In this document: in pieces, positions 23,872 through 32,000 of the stretch
How positions within the stretch are numbered: position 1 is the first letter of the stretch
Layout: every line of letters begins with the position of its first letter
DNA from: Vermiculatibacterium agrestimuris
Lineage (GTDB): Bacteria > Bacillota > Clostridia > Oscillospirales > Oscillospiraceae
Direction of reading: 5' to 3'
NCBI RefSeq assembly: GCF_943193085.1
Contig: NZ_CALPCU010000023.1
Span: 2,442 to 34,441 of the forward strand
DNA: 32,000 nucleotides
The notes under the pieces: generated by a model
Database searches by the model: none
Told to the model about the DNA's origin: nothing
What the model saw: the letters and a program-made list of their open reading frames with translations, nothing else
Made by a program: the position numbers and the translations under genes

Positions 23872-24477
23872 TTATTCCTGTCGCCGGGGAAAGACCAGGA
23901 GCAGGCCGGGCAGAACGGCCCCTGCGGTAAGAGTAAGAGGGACGACAGCGGGGAAGAGTAAGACTTGAGCACCCAGCAGTCCGAGAGCCAAAACGACGGC
24001 CAAAACACTTTTGGGCAGCGTGGAGAGAAAGTCCAGCCAGGCGCACCGAAGGGAGGCCTCCGGCCAGGTGAGGGCGGGGAAGAGGTGAAGTCCCACCCCC
24101 CAAAGGAGGATCAGCCCAGCAAATCCAAGCCCCGACAGGGCGGTGAAGATCCCGCCCAGGTCGAGGTAGTACCAGACGGCGGTGGCCAAAAGGATGTTCA
24201 GGCTCAAAAACAGAAGGCCCCAGGCCATTTTGGACAGAAACCGACTGCGGAAGGTAGAGCAATAGGCGCGCAGCAACTTGACCGGCGCGTCCTTTGCCAG
24301 CTGCTCCATCACATATCCCATGGCCGACAGGGCGGGCCCAAGGGTGAAAATGGGCAGACAGGTGAGCAGGAAAACAAAATTCAGTCCCACCCAATCGGGA
24401 AAGTTCTGCGCCAGGACAGTGAGATACCAGCGAAAGCCCTGACGGCTTCCGGGGGCCTTCTCATGCTTGTTTGCCAT
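23872..24477 (-). CDS. YesL/DUF624-family integral membrane protein
   Basis: ATG 24477 with an AAGGAGG RBS. Multi-TM protein (..FVFLLTCLPIFTLGPALSAM..). It sits in the typical position next to a sugar ABC operon. Confidence 0.7.
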   Translation of the reverse strand: MANKHEKAPGSRQGFRWYLTVLAQNFPDWVGLNFVFLLTCLPIFTLGPALSAMGYVMEQLAKDAPVKLLRAYCSTFRSRFLSKMAWGLLFLSLNILLATAVWYYLDLGGIFTALSGLGFAGLILLWGVGLHLFPALTWPEASLRCAWLDFLSTLPKSVLAVVLALGLLGAQVLLFPAVVPLTLTAGAVLPGLLLVFPRRQE

Positions 24478-24531
24478 GTCGCCCGCCTCCTTGAGATCCC
24501 GGAGCTGAAAGCCCTGGAAAGAATAAAACCA

Positions 24532-24545
24532 TTGTAACGTTTCCA
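24532..24545. promoter_or_regulatory. Imperfect LacI-family/cre-like operator upstream of yesL
   Basis: TTGTAACGTTTCCA matches the perfect palindrome at 24698-24711 at 12 of 14 positions. Confidence 0.45.
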
Positions 24546-24653
24546 GCTTCAAAAGGCAAGGGGACAGCGGGAGAATCTTTCGTGATATTTGACAATTTTG
24601 CAGGCTGGTTTTTCATAAAGCCTACAAATTTGTGTGATATGGCCCAAAAATCC

Positions 24654-24682
24654 TTGCCTTCCTTGGCCGGATGTTGTATAGT
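24654..24682 (+). promoter_or_regulatory. Promoter of the ABC transporter operon
   Basis: TTGCCT, a 17-nt spacer, then TATAGT. The operator palindrome starts 15 nt downstream of the -10. Confidence 0.5.
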
Positions 24683-24696
24683 ATGAATCAGAAAAG

Positions 24697-24712
24697 CTGG
24701 AAACGTTTCCAG
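24697..24712. promoter_or_regulatory. Perfect 16-bp palindromic LacI-family/cre-like operator
   Basis: CTGGAAACGTTTCCAG is self-complementary and CG-centred (TGNAANCGNTTNCA type). It lies between the -10 and the RBS of the binding-protein gene. Confidence 0.6.
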
Positions 24713-24761
24713 AAAATTCGACCGAAAGCACATCACATACATTTTGAAGGAGGAACACACA

Positions 24762-26060
24762 ATGAAAAAGAGTTGGCTCGCACTGGCGCTCACCGGCGCC
24801 ATGACCCTCGGCCTTCTGGCCGGCTGCGGCGGCGGAGATAAGCCCGCCGTCGGAAGCGGCGACGGCAAGGGCAGCGTCTACTATCTGAACTTCAAGCCCG
24901 AGCAGGACAAGGACTGGCAGGCCCTGGCCCAGACCTACACCGAGAAGACCGGTGTGCCCGTCACCGTGGTCACTGCCGCCTCCGGCCAGTACGAGACCAC
25001 CCTGATGGCCGAGATCGGCAAGAGCGAGGCCCCCACCATGTTCCAGGTCAACGGCCCCGTGGGTCTGAACAACTGGAAGGATTACTGCTACGACCTCACC
25101 GGCTCCAAGGTGCTGGGCGAGCTCACCAGCGAGGACTTCACCCTGAAAAACGGCGACGAGGTGGCCGGCATTGGTTACGTCATCGAGACCTATGGCCTCA
25201 TTACCAACACCAAGCTGCTGGAGCAGGCGGGCTACAAGACCTCCGACATCCAGAGTTTTGCCGATCTGAAGAAGGTGGCCGAGGACATCACCGCCCGGAA
25301 GGATGAGCTGGGCTTTGCCGCCTTTACCTCCGCCGGTATGGACGGCTCCTCTGACTGGCGCTTTAAGACCCACCTGGCCAACCTGCCCATCTATTTTGAG
25401 TACCAGGCCGACGGCATCGGCTCCACCGAGGCCATCAAGGGCTCCTTCCTGGATAACTACCGCCAGATGTGGGATCTCTATATCAACAACGCCACCTGCG
25501 ATCCCAAGGATCTGTCCGCCAAGACCGGCGATGACGCCGTGGCCGAGTTCGTGAACGGCGAGGCTGTCTTCTACCAGAACGGCACCTGGGCCTACGGCGA
25601 CGTGAAGAGCCTGGGCGACGACAGCCTGGCCATGATCCCCCTGTACGTGGGCGCCGGCGACGAGGCCAAGCAGGGCCTGTGCACCGGCACCGAGAACTAC
25701 TGGTGCGTCAACAAGAACGCCAAGGCCGAGGACATTCAGGCCACCCTGGACTTCATGTACTGGTGCGTCACCTCCGACGAGGGCACCACCTCCATGGCCA
25801 GCGATATGGGCTTTGTCATCCCCTTCAAGGCCGCCAAGGAGTCGGAGAACCTCTTTGTCAAGCAGGACGCCGAGCTCACCGCCGCCGGCAAGACTCCCGT
25901 GTCCTGGAACTTCACCACCATGCCCTCCGAGGAGTGGAAGAATGTTCTGGGCTCCGCCCTGACGGCTTACGCCGCCGACCAGACCGATGCCAACTGGGCC
26001 GCCGTGGTCTCCGCCTTCGTGGACAACTGGGCCGCCGAGTACAAGCTGGCCAACGGCTGA
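24762..26060 (+). CDS. Sugar ABC transporter substrate-binding lipoprotein
   Basis: GAAGGAGGAA RBS. Lipobox signal peptide MKKSWLALALTGAMTLGLLAGC. Family-1 solute-binding-protein-like sequence. Confidence 0.88.
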   Translation: MKKSWLALALTGAMTLGLLAGCGGGDKPAVGSGDGKGSVYYLNFKPEQDKDWQALAQTYTEKTGVPVTVVTAASGQYETTLMAEIGKSEAPTMFQVNGPVGLNNWKDYCYDLTGSKVLGELTSEDFTLKNGDEVAGIGYVIETYGLITNTKLLEQAGYKTSDIQSFADLKKVAEDITARKDELGFAAFTSAGMDGSSDWRFKTHLANLPIYFEYQADGIGSTEAIKGSFLDNYRQMWDLYINNATCDPKDLSAKTGDDAVAEFVNGEAVFYQNGTWAYGDVKSLGDDSLAMIPLYVGAGDEAKQGLCTGTENYWCVNKNAKAEDIQATLDFMYWCVTSDEGTTSMASDMGFVIPFKAAKESENLFVKQDAELTAAGKTPVSWNFTTMPSEEWKNVLGSALTAYAADQTDANWAAVVSAFVDNWAAEYKLANG

Positions 26061-26093
26061 GCCCCTCGGGCACAAATCAAATAAAAAAGGAAA

Positions 26094-26121
26094 AGGGGCG
26101 GGCGTCTGCCCGCTCCTTTTT
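26094..26121 (+). terminator. Intra-operon intrinsic terminator/attenuator after the binding-protein gene
   Basis: AGGGGCGGGC gtct GCCCGCTCCT followed by TTTTT. Confidence 0.6.
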
Positions 26122-26183
26122 GAAAAGAGAGCCCTTCCCCCCCGGCGGGGGAGGAATTTGAGATATGGAGGTGGCTTACCGCT

Positions 26184-27035
26184 ATGGAACGAGCGCTGAA
26201 ACGCTGGTCTCCCTTGTTTATCCTGCCCACATTCCTGGCTTTTGCCATCGGCTTCATCTACCCCTTTGTTGAGGGCGCGTACCTGTCCCTGTGCCAGTTC
26301 ACCACCGTGCGGGACGCCAAGTTCATAGGCTTCGGCAACTATATCCGGGCTTTCGGCGACAGCCAGTTTCTGGATTCCTTCTGGTTTACCGTAGCCTTTA
26401 CAGTGGTGTCGGTGGTGCTCATCAACGTCATCGCCTTCCTTTTCGCGCTGATGCTGACGAAGAACCTGAAGGGAACCAACATCTTCCGCACCGTGTTCTT
26501 TATGCCCAACCTCATCGGCGGCATCGTGCTGGGCTATATCTGGCAGATCCTCATCAACTGTGTGCTGTCCCTTGTGGGTAAGCCCCTGCTGGCGCTGAAC
26601 GCCACGGCGGGCTACTGGGGCCTCATCATCCTCATGTGCTGGCAGCAGATCGGCTATATGATGATCATCTATATCGCCGGGCTCCAGGCGGTGCCCGACG
26701 ACCTGACCGAGGCGGCCCAGATCGACGGGGCTACCCCCCTTCAGACCCTGCTGCGGGTGAAGCTGCCTATGGTGATGCCCTCCATCACCATCTGCACCTT
26801 CCTCACCCTCACCAACGGCTTCAAGCTCTTCGACCAGAACCTGGCCCTCACCGCCGGCGAGCCCAACCACGCCACCGAGATGCTGGCCTACAATATCTAT
26901 AATACCTTCTACGCCCGCTCCGGCCCCCAGTGGAAGGGCATGGGCCAGGCCAAAGCAGTTCTGTTCTGTATTCTGGTAGTGGCCATCTCCATGCTCCAGC
27001 TCAAGGCCACCCGTTCCCGGGAGGTGCAGCAGTAA
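26184..27035 (+). CDS. Sugar ABC transporter permease (MalF/UgpA-like)
   Basis: 283 aa and multi-TM. EAA-loop region ..EAAQIDGATPLQTLLRVKLPM... Confidence 0.88.
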   Translation: MERALKRWSPLFILPTFLAFAIGFIYPFVEGAYLSLCQFTTVRDAKFIGFGNYIRAFGDSQFLDSFWFTVAFTVVSVVLINVIAFLFALMLTKNLKGTNIFRTVFFMPNLIGGIVLGYIWQILINCVLSLVGKPLLALNATAGYWGLIILMCWQQIGYMMIIYIAGLQAVPDDLTEAAQIDGATPLQTLLRVKLPMVMPSITICTFLTLTNGFKLFDQNLALTAGEPNHATEMLAYNIYNTFYARSGPQWKGMGQAKAVLFCILVVAISMLQLKATRSREVQQ

Positions 27036-27877
27036 TGACAAAAAAGAAAACCGCCGTCAACGGCCTTTTGATCGCCCTGCTCACAGCGCTGAGTGTCGCC
27101 TGGGTCTACCCGGTGTTCATGATCCTGATGAACACCCTGAAGACCGAGCGCGCCATCACCACCTCCACCGCCTTCCTTCTTCCCACGGCGGAGACCTTCG
27201 CGGGAGTTCAGAACTATGTCAGTGCCATCGTCTCCCAGGGATTTTTACAGGCCCTGGGCTATAGCCTGCTCATCACCTTCACCTCGGTGGCCCTCATCCT
27301 GATCTGCTGCTCCATGTGCGCATGGTATATCACCCGGGTCAAGGGCTGGGTGAGCAAAATTCTCTATTTTCTCTTTGTACTGTCCATGGTGGTGCCCTTC
27401 CAGATGGTCATGTTCACCCTGTCCTCCACGGCGGACATGCTCAAGCTGAACACCCCCTGGAACATCTGCGTCATCTACCTGGGCTTCGGCGCGGGCCTGG
27501 CGGTGTTCATGTTCTGCGGCTTTGTCCGCTCGGTGCCCCTTGAGGTGGAGGAGGCCTCCATGATCGACGGGTGCAATCCAGTGCAGACCTTCTTCCTCAT
27601 CGTCCTGCCCATGCTCAAGCCCACCCTGGTGAGCGTGGGCATCCTGGAGGCCATGTGGGTGTGGAACGACTACCTGCTGCCCACTCTGGTATTGGACATC
27701 AAGAAATATATGACCATCCCCATGCTCATCCAGCGCTTCCGGGGCTCCTTCGGGCGGGTGGAGATGGGCCCCATGATGGCCTGCATCATGCTCACCATCA
27801 TCCCCATCATCATCGTCTACCTGGCCGGACAGAAGTATATCATCAAAGGGGTTGCCGCCGGCGCTGTAAAGGGATAA
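27035..27877 (+). CDS. Sugar ABC transporter permease (MalG/UgpE-like)
   Basis: ATG overlaps the upstream TAA (TAATG), with a GGGAGGTG RBS. EAA loop ..EEASMIDGCNPVQTFFLIVLPM... Confidence 0.88.
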   Translation: MTKKKTAVNGLLIALLTALSVAWVYPVFMILMNTLKTERAITTSTAFLLPTAETFAGVQNYVSAIVSQGFLQALGYSLLITFTSVALILICCSMCAWYITRVKGWVSKILYFLFVLSMVVPFQMVMFTLSSTADMLKLNTPWNICVIYLGFGAGLAVFMFCGFVRSVPLEVEEASMIDGCNPVQTFFLIVLPMLKPTLVSVGILEAMWVWNDYLLPTLVLDIKKYMTIPMLIQRFRGSFGRVEMGPMMACIMLTIIPIIIVYLAGQKYIIKGVAAGAVKG

Positions 27878-27910
27878 AATAGTCGAAGATCATCGAAAGG
27901 GGGGAGAGCC

Positions 27911-28951
27911 ATGCCCATGACCATCAAGGATATCGCCCAGCGCTCGGGCTACGCCGTGGGCACGGTCTCCCGTGTCCTCAACGGCCACCCCGACGTCAGC
28001 GACGCGGCCCGGGAGCGCATCCTGGCCGTGGTGGCGGAGACCGGCTTCCGCCCCAATGACACCGCCCGGCACCTGAAACAGCGGGGCAGCCGGGAGGTGG
28101 CCATTATCGTCAAGGGCGCGGGCAACCTCCTCTTCGCCCGTATTTTGGAGGAGGCCCAGCGGCTTTTGAAGGCCGACCACCGCCCCGCGGCGGTCTATTA
28201 CCTGGACGAGAATGATGACGAGGTGGAGCAGGCCCTGCGGGTGTGCCGGGAGCTAAAGCCCCTGGGCTTTCTCTTCCTGGGCGGCAACCGGGACAACTTC
28301 AAGCGCTCTTTTGAACACGTGACCCTGCCCAGCGTCCTGGTGACCACCCGGGCGGATACTCTGGGCTTTCCCAACCTCTCCAGCGTCTCTACCGATGACG
28401 TGGAGGGGGCCTCTCAAGCCGTGGGCTGCCTGTTGGACGCCGGCCACCGGCAGGTGGGGATCATCGGCGGCGAGAGCTGTGTGGCCGCCCCCGTTATGGG
28501 CTGCAACACCAGCCAGCTGCGCCTGATGGGCTGCCAGCAGGCCTGCACCCAGCGGGGGGTGCCCTTCGACCCTCAGCGCCAATCCGCCATCGCCCGCTAT
28601 TCCATGGAGGGGGGCTATGAGGCCACGGTGACGCTCCTGGAGCAGTTCCCCGGCCTCACCGCCATCTTCGCCATGTCCGACGTGATGGCCATTGGCGCCA
28701 TCCGGGCCCTCCACGACCAGGGGATCCGGGTGCCCCAGGACGTGTCGGTGGTGGGCTACGACGGCATCGAGCAGGCCGGCTACTGCGTTCCGCGGCTGGC
28801 CACTGTCTGCCAGAATTGGGAACAACTGGCCCGGCGTGGAGTGGAGATCCTCCTGAACCAGGCCGAGGGCGGCTGCGCCGTCCACGAGATCGTCCCCTTC
28901 TACCTCTCCATGGGAGAGAGCGTGGGACGCAAGGAAGAAAACTCTCATTGA
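27911..28951 (+). CDS. LacI-family transcriptional regulator
   Basis: N-terminal HTH MTIKDIAQRSGYAVGTVSRVLNG followed by a periplasmic-binding-fold sugar-sensor domain. Confidence 0.9.
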   Translation: MPMTIKDIAQRSGYAVGTVSRVLNGHPDVSDAARERILAVVAETGFRPNDTARHLKQRGSREVAIIVKGAGNLLFARILEEAQRLLKADHRPAAVYYLDENDDEVEQALRVCRELKPLGFLFLGGNRDNFKRSFEHVTLPSVLVTTRADTLGFPNLSSVSTDDVEGASQAVGCLLDAGHRQVGIIGGESCVAAPVMGCNTSQLRLMGCQQACTQRGVPFDPQRQSAIARYSMEGGYEATVTLLEQFPGLTAIFAMSDVMAIGAIRALHDQGIRVPQDVSVVGYDGIEQAGYCVPRLATVCQNWEQLARRGVEILLNQAEGGCAVHEIVPFYLSMGESVGRKEENSH

Positions 28952-28965
28952 CAGGATGGATGACC

Positions 28966-30450
28966 ATGCGAAGCAGCGGTGTGTTGATGCACCTGACCAG
29001 CCTGAGCTCTCCCTACGGTATCGGCGCCATGGGCCAGGCGGCCCGTGACTTTGCCGACTTTTTGGCCCGGAGCGGCCAGACCTATTGGCAGCTTCTGCCT
29101 ATGGGCCCGACCAGCTACGGCGATTCTCCCTACCAGAGCTTCTCCACCTTTGCCGGCAACCCCTATCTCATCGACCTGGACGAGCTGGCACAGGCGGGTC
29201 TTCTGGAAGGCGCGGAGTATCAGACGGTGGACTGGGGGGACGATCCCGAAAGCGTGGATTACGGGCTTCTGTACGAAAAACGCTATCCTGTCCTGCGCAA
29301 GGCGGTAGTGAGACTGCGGGAAAACCTGCCGGCGGACTACCCCCTCTTTCTGGCGGAGAACGCCCCGTGGCTGCCTGACTACGCCCTTTACATGGCGCTG
29401 AAGGATCACTATGAGGGACAGCCCTGGTGGGAGTGGCCGGAGCCTCTTCGCAGCCGCCAGGGCGCCGCGCTGGAGGAATCCCGCCGCTGTCTGGCGGAGG
29501 GGGTGGCCTTCTGGCAGGGGGTGCAGTACCTCTTCTTCCACCAGTGGAGGGCGCTGAAAAAGTACGCCAACGACAAGGGCATCCGCTTCATCGGCGACCT
29601 GCCCATCTATGTGCCTTTGGACTCCGCCGACGTGTGGGCCCGGCCCGACCAGTTCCAGCTGGACGACCAGCTGCGGCCTGTGGAGGTCTCCGGCTGTCCC
29701 CCCGACGGCTTCACCGCGGACGGCCAGCTCTGGGGCACCCCCCTGTTTGACTGGGAGAGGATGGAGCGGGACGGCTACAGCTGGTGGATCGAGCGGATCC
29801 GCCGCCAGCGGGGGTTCTGCGACGTGCTGCGCATCGACCACTTCCGGGGTTTTGAAGCCTACTATGCCATCCCCTACGGGGAGGAGACCGCTCGCAACGG
29901 CCACTGGCGGCAGGGCCCGGGAATAAAGCTGTTCCAGGCGGTGGAGCGGGCGCTGGGAAAGCAGGACATCATCGCCGAAGATCTGGGTTTTCTCACCGAG
30001 GGCGTGTATCAGCTCATCCGAGACACCGGCTTTCCCGGTATGAAGGTACTCCAGTTTGCCTTCGACAGCCGGGAGGAAAGCGACTATCTGCCCCACAACT
30101 ATGGAAAGCGCTGTGTGGCCTATGTGGGCACCCACGACAATGACACCGCCCTGGGCTGGCTGGGAACCTGCGCCCCGGAGGATCGGGCTTTCGCCCTGGA
30201 CTATCTGAAGCTGACCGAGGCCGAGGGCTATCACTGGGGCCTGATGCGGGGGATCTGGGCCTCCTCGGCGGAGCTGGCGGTGGTCACCGCCCAGGATCTG
30301 CTGGGTCTGGGGCATGAAGCCCGGATGAATGAACCGTCCACCCTGGGAATGAATTGGAAATGGCGCGCCCTTCCCGGGGCCTTTACCAGGGAGCTTGCCC
30401 AAAAGCTCCGGCACGAGACCGGGATCTACCGCCGGCTGCCCCGGCAGTGA
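28966..30450 (+). CDS. malQ: 4-alpha-glucanotransferase (amylomaltase)
   Basis: MRSSGVLMHLTSLSSPYGIG..., ..SPYQS.S.FAGNPYLID.., ..LRIDHFRGF.., ..IAEDLG... An alternative in-frame ATG lies at 28960. Confidence 0.9.
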   Translation: MRSSGVLMHLTSLSSPYGIGAMGQAARDFADFLARSGQTYWQLLPMGPTSYGDSPYQSFSTFAGNPYLIDLDELAQAGLLEGAEYQTVDWGDDPESVDYGLLYEKRYPVLRKAVVRLRENLPADYPLFLAENAPWLPDYALYMALKDHYEGQPWWEWPEPLRSRQGAALEESRRCLAEGVAFWQGVQYLFFHQWRALKKYANDKGIRFIGDLPIYVPLDSADVWARPDQFQLDDQLRPVEVSGCPPDGFTADGQLWGTPLFDWERMERDGYSWWIERIRRQRGFCDVLRIDHFRGFEAYYAIPYGEETARNGHWRQGPGIKLFQAVERALGKQDIIAEDLGFLTEGVYQLIRDTGFPGMKVLQFAFDSREESDYLPHNYGKRCVAYVGTHDNDTALGWLGTCAPEDRAFALDYLKLTEAEGYHWGLMRGIWASSAELAVVTAQDLLGLGHEARMNEPSTLGMNWKWRALPGAFTRELAQKLRHETGIYRRLPRQ

Positions 30451-30513
30451 AAAAACGGGGGCGGCCGATGGAAAGCCGTTTTGTGGACGGCGCTTTGATC
30501 TGAAGATGAAAAA

Positions 30514-30546
30514 AGAGCCTCTTCCGTGACGGAAGAGGCTCTTTTT
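30514..30546. terminator. Bidirectional intrinsic terminator between malQ (+) and gerQ (-)
   Basis: A 12-bp stem (AGAGCCTCTTCC gtgac GGAAGAGGCTCT) flanked by A5 and T4-5. Confidence 0.85.
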
Positions 30547-30555
30547 GGCTCTTTT

Positions 30556-31086
30556 TCAGCCCCAACCCAGGTTCTGGGTGGGACAGCCAGGGCCCGGGCA
30601 GGGGAGGGGGGCGGTGTCCTGACCGACCACGCCGCTGCCCATGCCGTAGCTCATATCCACCCCGGGGGCGAAGCCGGGGGCTGTGGCGGGACTTACATCC
30701 CCACTGACGGCGGTCTGGCCCCCCTGGCCAAAGAGGGGATTATTGACATGCCAGGGCCGGTGTCCGGGCAGATAGAAGGTGACGAACTTGACGGAGAAAA
30801 TGTCGCAGGTGACAAAGGTCTGGCTCAGCTCCTGGTAGAGGGTCACAACGCTGGTGCCCACGGCGAAGAGCACGCCGGCCTTGGCGGTGAGGGTCTGGGT
30901 GCCCACCAGGAACTCGATGACCACGTACTGGCCCAGGTTTTCGGAGAGAAATTGCTGCATGGAGCCCTCCATGGCCGGGGTATCGAAGTCCTGCTGGGGC
31001 GGGGTGGTGATGGTGCTTTGGTCGGCGGCGTTCAGCGCGGCGGCCAGAGACGAATCCTGTGTGGGATTGGGATATAATCTTGCCAT
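30556..31086 (-). CDS. gerQ: GerQ-like spore coat / germination protein
   Basis: Q/P-rich N-terminus followed by a GerQ-like core (..FLSENLGQYVVIEFLVGTQ...GVLFAVGTSVVTLYQ......CDIFSVKFVTF). It lies directly downstream of a cwlJ-like gene, as in Bacillus. Confidence 0.6.
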   Translation of the reverse strand: MARLYPNPTQDSSLAAALNAADQSTITTPPQQDFDTPAMEGSMQQFLSENLGQYVVIEFLVGTQTLTAKAGVLFAVGTSVVTLYQELSQTFVTCDIFSVKFVTFYLPGHRPWHVNNPLFGQGGQTAVSGDVSPATAPGFAPGVDMSYGMGSGVVGQDTAPLPCPGPGCPTQNLGWG

Positions 31087-31105
31087 AATGTGGATAGCCT
31101 CCCTT

Positions 31106-31540
31106 TCAAGTGTCCGCGTATGCGGCGGTGGGATTGTAGAAGCAATGGTCGCCGATGCGGACTACAAAGGAGCCCACGGCGGATGGGAAATTAGGTTTAC
31201 AGGTGTCGCTGTAGGGATTGAAGAACCACAGGGCGGAGCCCAGGTTGGTCAGCCGGTGGCCCGCCATGGCCCACTCGGCGATGTCCCAGTGGATCTGCTC
31301 CAGGCTCATGTTGTAGATGTTCTGGGCGTTGTATGTCCCGCCCACGGTCTCCATGGCGCAGACGAACTGACGGGGCTGGAAGATGACCTGCTTGACGGTC
31401 TTATATTTGGCGTACTCGCCGTATGTAATGTTCACACGGTTCATCACTACCGAGGCCACCGCCTTCATGCCATTTTCTCCCTCGCCCCCCGCCTCGCATT
31501 TGATGATGCGGGCCAGGGCCTCCAAATCGGAATATGCCAT
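31106..31540 (-). CDS. cwlJ: CwlJ/SleB-family spore cortex-lytic hydrolase
   Basis: ATG 31540 with an AAGGAG RBS. Hydrolase_2-type sequence ..LARIIKCEAGGEGENGMKAVASVVMNRV...QVIFQPRQF... Confidence 0.8.
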   Translation of the reverse strand: MAYSDLEALARIIKCEAGGEGENGMKAVASVVMNRVNITYGEYAKYKTVKQVIFQPRQFVCAMETVGGTYNAQNIYNMSLEQIHWDIAEWAMAGHRLTNLGSALWFFNPYSDTCKPNFPSAVGSFVVRIGDHCFYNPTAAYADT

Positions 31541-31562
31541 TGTCTCACTCCTTTGTCGGCGG

Positions 31563-32000
31563 TCAAACGGGCGGAAGGTCGTCGATCTCATCGAATTGGA
31601 GCTGGCTCAGCGTCCCCGTCTGCTCGCGGTACTCGTTCAGAAGAAGATCGTAAAAGCGCAGCAGGGCGGCCCCCAGCACCAAAACGGAGGCCAGGATATT
31701 GACCTGGGCGGAGCGCAGAGCCAAAGGATCTTCTCCCGTCTGAGCCCTCTCCAGGGTGCCCAGGGCCAGGCGAAAGAAAAAGCCCAGAGAGCCGATGACC
31801 AGAGCCGAGGAGGCCCGCTTGAAGGGCAGGGGAGAGGGAAGGGACTGCGCGTCGCCGCCCCGAAGCGCGGCGGCGACCTGACCGCGCTGGATGAGCAGCG
31901 ACCAAAAGGAAAAGAGAACGGAGAGGATCAAAAGGATGAGAAAGAAGACCGAGCCGTCCAACTGAAGCAGTCCCCGCTGAAGCTCCGCGCGTTCCTCCAT
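31563..32000 (-). CDS. Hypothetical multi-TM membrane protein (may extend beyond the window)
   Basis: The ORF is open to the right edge, has hydrophobic segments and host-like GC3 bias. I recognise no family. Confidence 0.45.
   Translation of the reverse strand: MEERAELQRGLLQLDGSVFFLILLILSVLFSFWSLLIQRGQVAAALRGGDAQSLPSPLPFKRASSALVIGSLGFFFRLALGTLERAQTGEDPLALRSAQVNILASVLVLGAALLRFYDLLLNEYREQTGTLSQLQFDEIDDLPPV

Noticed and set aside
23841-23876. Hairpin AGCCCCC...GGAGGCT followed by a T-run on the + strand, downstream of yesL.
   Set aside because: The stem is imperfect and the loop is 16 nt. The T-run is on the wrong strand for yesL, and no + strand gene ends here. It overlaps the candidate tRNA promoter.
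24549-27041. 830-aa minus-strand ORF across the ABC transporter genes, and the 489-aa ORF 28945..30414 opposite malQ.
   Set aside because: Both are shadow ORFs in GC-rich coding DNA, with G/H/L/V-rich translations.
1-32000. Scan for CRISPR arrays, rRNA, IS elements with transposases, and long tandem repeats.
   Set aside because: No regularly spaced direct repeats, rRNA-like segments or DDE transposase ORFs were seen. The only repeats are the paralogous SLH genes, the kinase relic, the tRNA copies and fragments, and the short att and operator repeats reported above.

Overview
This is a high-GC, Clostridia-like chromosomal segment; sampled 60-nt lines give about 63% GC. All family calls come from motif recognition by eye, and no database search was run.

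Left flank (1-10108): etfB (partial), etfA and an acyl-CoA dehydrogenase. Next come a cytoplasmic Cu/Zn superoxide dismutase and two tandem SLH-anchored surface-protein paralogs. An XRE regulator sits divergent from a small Ser/Thr-kinase-like gene, which is translationally coupled to a zinc-ribbon/TM/beta-helix protein.

Centre (about 10109-23719): a roughly 13.6-kb integrative mobilizable element has split a tRNA-Thr(CGU) gene in two.
- Its core encodes a TnpX/TndX-like large serine recombinase, a relaxase, MobC and a frameshifted RepA-like AAA ATPase. No T4SS genes are present.
- It carries its own complete replacement tRNA-Thr(CGU).
- It carries AT-rich cargo that looks like anti-phage or addiction modules: a DUF262 protein plus a RiboL-PSP-type HEPN protein, a VapD-like pair, and a 1538-aa DUF4011 SF1 helicase / Vsr-like nuclease (Hhe-like).
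- The relaxase gene contains an out-of-frame nested gene, reminiscent of mobB inside mobA of RSF1010.

Right flank (23720-32000): yesL, a LacI-controlled sugar ABC transporter, malQ, then cwlJ-gerQ germination genes and a partial membrane-protein gene.

Most long ORFs antisense to these genes are high-GC shadow ORFs.
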